Of a stretch of DNA of 64,000 nucleotides, positions 58,024 to 64,000 are shown piece after piece. The notes beneath the pieces are model-generated. The model did no database searches. It worked only from the letters and a program-made list of their open reading frames with translations, and was not told the origin of the DNA. The position numbers and the translations under genes were made by a program. The stretch spans positions 434,001 through 498,000 of the forward strand of contig JAKMXF010000066.1 of assembly GCA_024704765.1 (NCBI GenBank), read 5' to 3'. Within the stretch, counting starts at the first letter, position 1, and every line of letters begins with the position of its first letter. The stretch is from Oopsacas minuta. Lineage: Eukaryota > Animalia > Porifera.

Positions 58024-60189
58024 ATGAGTGAGAGCATATACGATCTAGCCAGAGAGGCTGAGCTCCTCAAATCCAATTTAAAACATCAACAAGAAGCCGC
58101 CTCCCCTCTTGACTGCTCCTGGACAACTAGACAGAGACTGGAGGATATTTACAGACAAATGCTATTAACGGATTTAAGCTTCTCGCTAGAGAATAGAATA
58201 GAAGTTGATCTGTGGAATTGTGTGTTTAGAACTCAAATAAATTATCTACAGACTAATATCACTCATCAACAGGTAATTTTGTTATCATAGATTCCTTTGA
58301 TAAATATAGATATTTTTAGTCCTATAAAACGTGATTTATTCGATATAAAGCGTAGTTAAATAATTCCATGAATTTTATGGTATTTTGGCGGTTTTGAGTC
58401 ATACATTTAACTCCCGTTACATCGAACACGGATATATCAAAATTTGAAATTGTACAAATAATCAAATATGGTCCCAACTCCCAAACCAAAGTAAGATTAT
58501 ATCCAAGTTCTTTATGAAAGTTTACTGTATTCTTGTTAGGGTACACAACGAGAAGAGACATTATCTAGCCTATATATATGTTTGGAAAGTACCTGTTGTT
58601 TCTATCATCAGCTGTTACAGAGCATATGCTATAAATATAATACTTCACTTCCTTCCTACCTTACTCCAGAGCAGATAGGAGTGTGTAGAAGATCAGTTAG
58701 TACTGTAACAGCTGGAGAAGATAATATACGAATTATAGGACAGGACTGTCTATTGAGGTTAGGAGATCTAGCTAGATATAGAGGGGAGTGTAACCTAGCT
58801 ACCAAGTACTATAAGCAGGTTAGATTATTTTATTTACTCATAATTCAGTCACTATCTTAATTACATATTATAAGTAAGTATTCCCTTACTTAGGCATATG
58901 ATCTACTACCTGGCAAGAGCATAATATCTAATCAATTAGGACTCATAGCATCATCACAGGGTAACTTCTATAAAGCAGCATTCCACTACTCTCATTCTAT
59001 CATCAGTCACATTCCATTCTCCCCCAGTCGTAACAACCTAGAACAGATATTTGAGACTCACACTAGACAATTCCCAGATGAGATATCTGATTTATTATCT
59101 TTCCAGACAGGATTCTTATACTTGTTATCTCTTCTGTATTTCTCTAAAGACCTTGCATTTCTTTCATTTCTACTTCCTAAACTCATGACAGCTCTCTCTT
59201 CCTTCTTACAGAAGGGAGAAGCTAAACACGAGTTTATTCTATGTACAGTGGGACTGTGTTTGTTTGCTTGTGTGATTAGTTACCAACCTTTGACTGGGCT
59301 AACACTTCATCAGGTAGTGCTTTATCCTTTCGTTGTAGTTAAATATTCTAATTTTAGAATTATTCTACTCAGTGAAACCTCCATAGACGTGGAAACAGTG
59401 TAGCATTCCCTAGTTTATGGAATTACACTTGTACACTTTCAATAGAGTACACTGTATTTTATTTCTATTATTATTTAGGCTACAGAATGTCTTACAGCAG
59501 AAGAACATCAGAAATGTAAACTATCTCTCATCTTGCTCTTAGAAACTACTTTAGTATTGCTATCAAACTCTCTATCTACTACATCCCATATGAATACCAT
59601 GCTACCATTCATTAACGCAACTCTCCATTGGTTAGCTACACACATACATCATATACCAGTAGATCAGCTGATCCAATTGCCTTCTCTTTGGCAGAGCTTA
59701 GCTAAGTTGTTGAATAGACTATCATTGAAATCTGGTTTTGAAACAAATATTGACGTCGCTCAGTGTTTAAGTGAGGAAATATCTTTAATCGAATTTCTAT
59801 CATACAAATATACACCCACTAACCTAACGAAATGTTCAAATGAAGAATTGTGTTTAGCTAAAATGATTTCTAATATTAAATCTATGACACAAAACAGCCA
59901 ATGTAGTTTCCTCTCTCTCAATACACATGATGGTACATACAAACTAGTCTATACTTCTCCAACAGCTGATCAGCCTGTGGCAATAGAACATGACATTATG
60001 ACGTCACCTACTCTAAGCCCTCTCTTCGCTTCTCCACTGCTTAATAATTCTAACGACTGCTCTTTCTTTCCTAGTATATGGTCTGATACTCCTTATCAGC
60101 AGACTAGTCCACTGCTTACTACGCCTACTGTATCCTCCATAGATACTATTCAGTCCCTTTGGAACGCTTCAGACCCTGCTTCATCCTAA
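58024..60189 (+). CDS. SMG7: Nonsense-mediated decay factor SMG7-like, 4 exons, 552 aa
   Basis: Exons 58024-58272, 58540-58818, 58894-59313, 59479-60189; WTTRQRLEDIYRQMLLTDL, EVDLWNCVFR, CLLRLGDLARYR and NQLG match the SMG7 14-3-3-like/EST1 domain. Confidence 0.85.
58402..58529 (-). mobile_element. MITE family A copy in SMG7 intron 1
   Basis: taactcccgttacatcgaacacggatatatc...aaattgtacaaat...atatggtccc...tttactgta. Confidence 0.6.
59370..59456 (+). mobile_element. MITE family C copy in SMG7 intron 3
   Basis: cagtgaaacctccatag...gagtacactgta; shares internal ggaaac.gtgtagcatt with the 19815 copy. Confidence 0.55.
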
Positions 60190-60359
60190 AAGCTTTATAA
60201 TTGTTATATTTCTGTAATTAGATTAATGTAATTCGCTTTATTTCCTGCTTTGTTCATCGCTAAGATTGTTTCTGATTAAATAGTCATTTAAACAAAACGA
60301 ATGAAACTTTCAGAATGTTTTATATATTTTTAACACACTAGACCCTGATTAATACAAAC

Positions 60360-60436
60360 ACAGTTAATACGAACTCCAGATAAGCGAACACATTTTGACC
60401 GTCCGTTCGAATTTGTATTTACGAGGTTCCACTGTA
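60360..60436 (+). mobile_element. MITE family C copy between SMG7 and GLMP
   Basis: ...gaccgtccgttcgaatttgtatttacgaggttccactgta, inverse-related to the 26145 copy. Confidence 0.55.
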
Positions 60437-60511
60437 TTTGGATAAAATCGCATGTCTACTTTAATATTTACATTTCTATTTACTTAAATGTCTAGATTTA
60501 TAGTTTATGAG

Positions 60512-61705
60512 ATGCGAGATAATCTATTACTGATCCTTACTTCTCTTATCTTCACGACTGCTCTATCTACACAAGGCCCTAAGTTTAAATGTGAGCTAAA
60601 TTATAAACACAGTACTGAAGGAGTTTACACTGTATACGACATAACTAATGGAATTATGCATGTAGCGAGTTTCGTTGGAGATCCTACCTTTATGATATAT
60701 CGCACAAACAAATCTGATTCTCTGAAAATTCATTGCAACGAAAGTAAGCAAATAACAAATGTAGCTATCAGTAGTTATGAGTTGTTGTATGGATTTGTAA
60801 TTAGGAATTTAATAGAGTTCAAAGTTCAAGGTTCAGGTGTAAATTTTAACCGGCAAAAGTTCGACAACAATACAGTTAACCTGTTCAACACAACATCTCT
60901 ATCCAATTTGAAGTATAACATAACTAGTTTAGGTAAGAATTGTGACGAGACTGGGAAAATAACAGTATCTCTACAGCAAAAGAATATTAGTTCAAATTAC
61001 ACACAAATGAATATTCTATTTAATTTCCAAGCTTACTCGAGTGAAGGGAGATTGATGAATCAACCTCGTTACGCGTACAGGGGTAATAATTCAGTGATAG
61101 GTATTGTTATAAAGGATTATCAATACCATCTAACTAATACATCAAATCCTGCTAGCAGGCTAGCCCTAGAACTTGATTTCATACGGAATGATAAATCTCA
61201 GTTATTCTACTCCTCAGTATCTAATATAGATGATGAATACACACCAGCTGTATTCCTACAGAACACACTGTCACTACGACAAGGGGGCTATTACTACTGG
61301 AAGCCTATTGCGTATGTAGCTCAAGATAGAACAGTAGAGACTTCTATGATGGCTACTTACCTGAATGGTACTTATACTAACTCTACTGTTAAATTGAATA
61401 CTACAGGTTTTTACCATTATCTACAGGGTAATATTAATGCTAGTCTTGAGAGAGCATTTATGCTGTTTGGAACTGATGGCGATTCAACACTAAATGCTGA
61501 TTATGTCTACTTCCGTATGGAGCTAGGACTAGGTACTCCACCCACTGATAGTATTTCTTTACCTCTGATTATTGCTATTGGGGTTGGATTTGGTCTCCCT
61601 GTGCTTGGACTACTGTTGGGGGTTGTTGGTATGTGTTTCTTTATGGCTTACAAATGCTGTTTCAGGAAAAGCACCAGAAATGCACGCTATGTAATGATAA
61701 ATTAG
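60512..61705 (+). CDS. GLMP: Glycosylated lysosomal membrane protein (NCU-G1/C1orf85), single exon; the ORF opens at 60488 but the second ATG gives a clean signal peptide
   Basis: Signal peptide; many N-X-S/T sequons; IDDEYTPAVF and YYWKPIAY; single C-terminal TM helix; lysosomal sorting tail YVMIN-stop. Confidence 0.85.
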   Translation: MRDNLLLILTSLIFTTALSTQGPKFKCELNYKHSTEGVYTVYDITNGIMHVASFVGDPTFMIYRTNKSDSLKIHCNESKQITNVAISSYELLYGFVIRNLIEFKVQGSGVNFNRQKFDNNTVNLFNTTSLSNLKYNITSLGKNCDETGKITVSLQQKNISSNYTQMNILFNFQAYSSEGRLMNQPRYAYRGNNSVIGIVIKDYQYHLTNTSNPASRLALELDFIRNDKSQLFYSSVSNIDDEYTPAVFLQNTLSLRQGGYYYWKPIAYVAQDRTVETSMMATYLNGTYTNSTVKLNTTGFYHYLQGNINASLERAFMLFGTDGDSTLNADYVYFRMELGLGTPPTDSISLPLIIAIGVGFGLPVLGLLLGVVGMCFFMAYKCCFRKSTRNARYVMIN

Positions 61706-62153
61706 ATATGATGTACATGTTTGTAAGTAACCGCAGTTTGCTTCTTTAACTTTTGAACTTTATTTTAGCGAAACTTTCCCTTCTTGAAACGTATACATAC
61801 TTGTTACAAAATTTATGTACATTCGTATTTGAGCTATTACTATTATTACATTATAATCTATGTACACTTTATTAGATTAGAGATTTAATCATACAGCATG
61901 ATCAGTCGATGCCCATCAATTCCTTTGCTGTTAGAGTGTTAAATGAATTATTGTACCATCATTATAGGTCGCTCTATGTGTGGCCGTTAAGGCCCCAGAA
62001 TGTATAGTTATGGTGGGATGTATTGTCTCGAGACACAATCTTTCGGGTAGAGAGCATTCTGACCTATATTTTCGCAATTTGAGCTTATAAACATCTTAAG
62101 CTATATAATTTTCGGATCTAATCTTTATATATTATAGGTTATTGCTATTTGAA

Positions 62154-64000
62154 ATGTCTAGAATATTCCTGTGTGGCTCTCGTTCAGTAGGAAAGACAAC
62201 TCTATGTAAAGATTGGTGTGAATGGAATAAAGAATATGTTCATATTAATGGAAATGACGTCACTAGTGAAGTAATGGATGCAAATAATATTAGTCGTGAT
62301 GATATTATTAATTCTTTGAATACAGAAGCTAAAGAGTTATATTACAATCTACAGAAGTATCTTTTTATTGAGCAAAACAAGAGAGAAGAATTGCTAAGTG
62401 ATCGATTGTTCATATCTGATAGCGGACCAGATCCTCTTATTTATACTCACAAAGAAAGTAAGGATATGTCTTATAAATTGTATAAGCATGAAGATGTTAC
62501 GAATTGCTTCAATCTCTACCGCAAGAGTTTAATAGTTGTAGTAGCTCCTTTAGAAGATGACAGAGAACATAATTCTTATACAAAGGTATTGAGACATGTA
62601 TTACAAGAGTGTGGTGTACCTTATATGTACCTGAGAGAGAGGGTTAGATCAAAAAGATTAGAAATACTTAAGATAGCAGCTATTAATGGGTGTGTCCTTA
62701 TGCCATTGGATCAGTTAAAAGAACAGCAGTGTCTTGCTTACTACATGGACATAGGAACTGTGAAAAATCGCATATTTTGCTCTCCAATGTCTCTGCAAGA
62801 TAATACAGCCTATATTCGTAAATTCATAATATATCCATATGAAATACAATTATCTATTCAATCAATGGACAGTACTAATCGTATGCTAGAGAGATATGGT
62901 ATAGGTAATTTTGTATTACTTGAATTCCACTGGAAAGTTAGTGATAATGACATTAAAGATATTCTGGGTATAGGACTATATGTAGATGGTGATGAATACC
63001 AGTTTATAGGTTGTAGCTCAGAGGAATTGAGGAGTAGGACTTGTTACCTTATGAAGGGAGATACTAATTACATTGATGCTGTATTGAGTGAGTGTGGAGA
63101 TTTTTCTGGGGTAAACACGGTTGCTGAGAGGTTGAATAGGATAGGATACCTATTCTCAAAAGGTATAAATACAGGTGTAGCTATTAGCAATGACGAGTTT
63201 GAGGTTATTGAAGATGTCTCAAATGCTGGAAGGATATTCACTGATGGTTGTGGATTAATTGGATTGAATTTAGCTAAGAAATTGGCTATAGGTTCTAATG
63301 TGGGTATAAACTCTCCAGATGATAATATTCCAGGTGTTTTTCAGATCAGATTCCAAGGGTACCAATGTGTTGTTATGAAGGCCCCAAAAGAAAACCAAGA
63401 TTCTTTTCAGTTAAGAAATTCTATGTTGAAATATAATACTGGAACAAAGCCTTTTCCACATATCTGGATCTGCAACCATTCTCGTCCTAATTCATACGGC
63501 AATCTAAACAAACAGTTTATTATGTTACTATCTGGACGAGGGATAAGTGACAAAGTTTTCCTTACAAAACAAGATAGTTATTTCACTGCATTAGAGAATA
63601 TGTTAATCGATCCTAAATTCGCTATTAAACTTCTTAACTGGAAAAACTACACAGAACTAGCCGAAACAGTAGCTGCCTGTCCTTCTACCGAGGATATGCA
63701 ACAGAACAAAGAAATACAAAACAAACTCAAATACCTCAAAAATACACTTGTAGAGAGAATTGACGAATTAGAAATTCCAGTTATTAACTCGCGATATATG
63801 TTTGGTGTCTGTGATCCTAATCAGCTGTTAGAATACGGAGAATGTTTCGTTAGATACACATTGAATGATGAACTAAAAACACTACAGGCAGGAACTTCTG
63901 TGATTGTTGGGAAGAATCCTTGTTATCATCTCGAAGATATTAGAGTTTTAATCACAGTAGATTATCCTGAATTGAATCATTTAGTTGATTGTATTGTATT
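62154..64000 (+). CDS. Cellular RNA-dependent RNA polymerase (QDE-1/RDR family) with an N-terminal P-loop NTPase (AAA_28/NMP-kinase-like) domain; 3'-truncated by the window end
   Basis: Read manually: 615 uninterrupted codons from ATG 62154. N-terminal IFLCGSRSVGKTTL (Walker A) and ISDSGPDPLIY. RdRP motifs STNRMLERY, FIGCSS..LR.RTC, RIGYLFS, FTDGCGLI, FQIRFQGY, RNSMLKY, LNKQFIMLLS, SRYMFGVCDP..LLEYGECF, KNPCY..DIR, LNHLVDCIV. Confidence 0.92.
   Translation, partial: MSRIFLCGSRSVGKTTLCKDWCEWNKEYVHINGNDVTSEVMDANNISRDDIINSLNTEAKELYYNLQKYLFIEQNKREELLSDRLFISDSGPDPLIYTHKESKDMSYKLYKHEDVTNCFNLYRKSLIVVVAPLEDDREHNSYTKVLRHVLQECGVPYMYLRERVRSKRLEILKIAAINGCVLMPLDQLKEQQCLAYYMDIGTVKNRIFCSPMSLQDNTAYIRKFIIYPYEIQLSIQSMDSTNRMLERYGIGNFVLLEFHWKVSDNDIKDILGIGLYVDGDEYQFIGCSSEELRSRTCYLMKGDTNYIDAVLSECGDFSGVNTVAERLNRIGYLFSKGINTGVAISNDEFEVIEDVSNAGRIFTDGCGLIGLNLAKKLAIGSNVGINSPDDNIPGVFQIRFQGYQCVVMKAPKENQDSFQLRNSMLKYNTGTKPFPHIWICNHSRPNSYGNLNKQFIMLLSGRGISDKVFLTKQDSYFTALENMLIDPKFAIKLLNWKNYTELAETVAACPSTEDMQQNKEIQNKLKYLKNTLVERIDELEIPVINSRYMFGVCDPNQLLEYGECFVRYTLNDELKTLQAGTSVIVGKNPCYHLEDIRVLITVDYPELNHLVDCIV

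Overview
Compact, AT-rich eukaryotic genomic DNA with GT-AG introns, many only about 50-70 nt long. Gene content is animal-type (CAD, mGluR, novel PKC, TRIM-NHL, SMG7, GLMP, CFAP141). Compactness and content suggest an early-branching animal, most likely a sponge such as a glass sponge; this is inference and was not verified. I reconstructed 21 protein-coding genes and one tRNA-Gly(CCC). In order: a 3CxxC zinc-finger gene, CFAP141, RAD51B (hosting an antisense mGluR gene and the tRNA in intron 3), a second 3CxxC gene, a cAMP-receptor-like GPCR, DNPH1 head-to-head with a mitochondrial Sel1-repeat gene, 34-exon CAD (hosting a same-strand FAM186-like ORF in intron 5), a two-SAM adaptor, TRMT1 (hosting antisense ASF1) and nPKC (hosting an antisense Tyr-motif/NHL gene). 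A tight co-oriented run follows: TRIM-NHL, PSMB1, an orphan, SMG7, GLMP and RdRP. The last gene is missing from the ORF track because it runs off the window end. It is an intronless cellular RNA-dependent RNA polymerase fused to an N-terminal P-loop (AAA_28/kinase-like) domain, with several unusual motif substitutions. Introns and spacers carry more than 25 copies or fragments of TA-flanked Tc1/mariner(pogo/Tigger)-type MITEs in three families. Many genes have a 3' splice-acceptor-like site just upstream of the ATG, which suggests SL trans-splicing and possibly operon-like expression.
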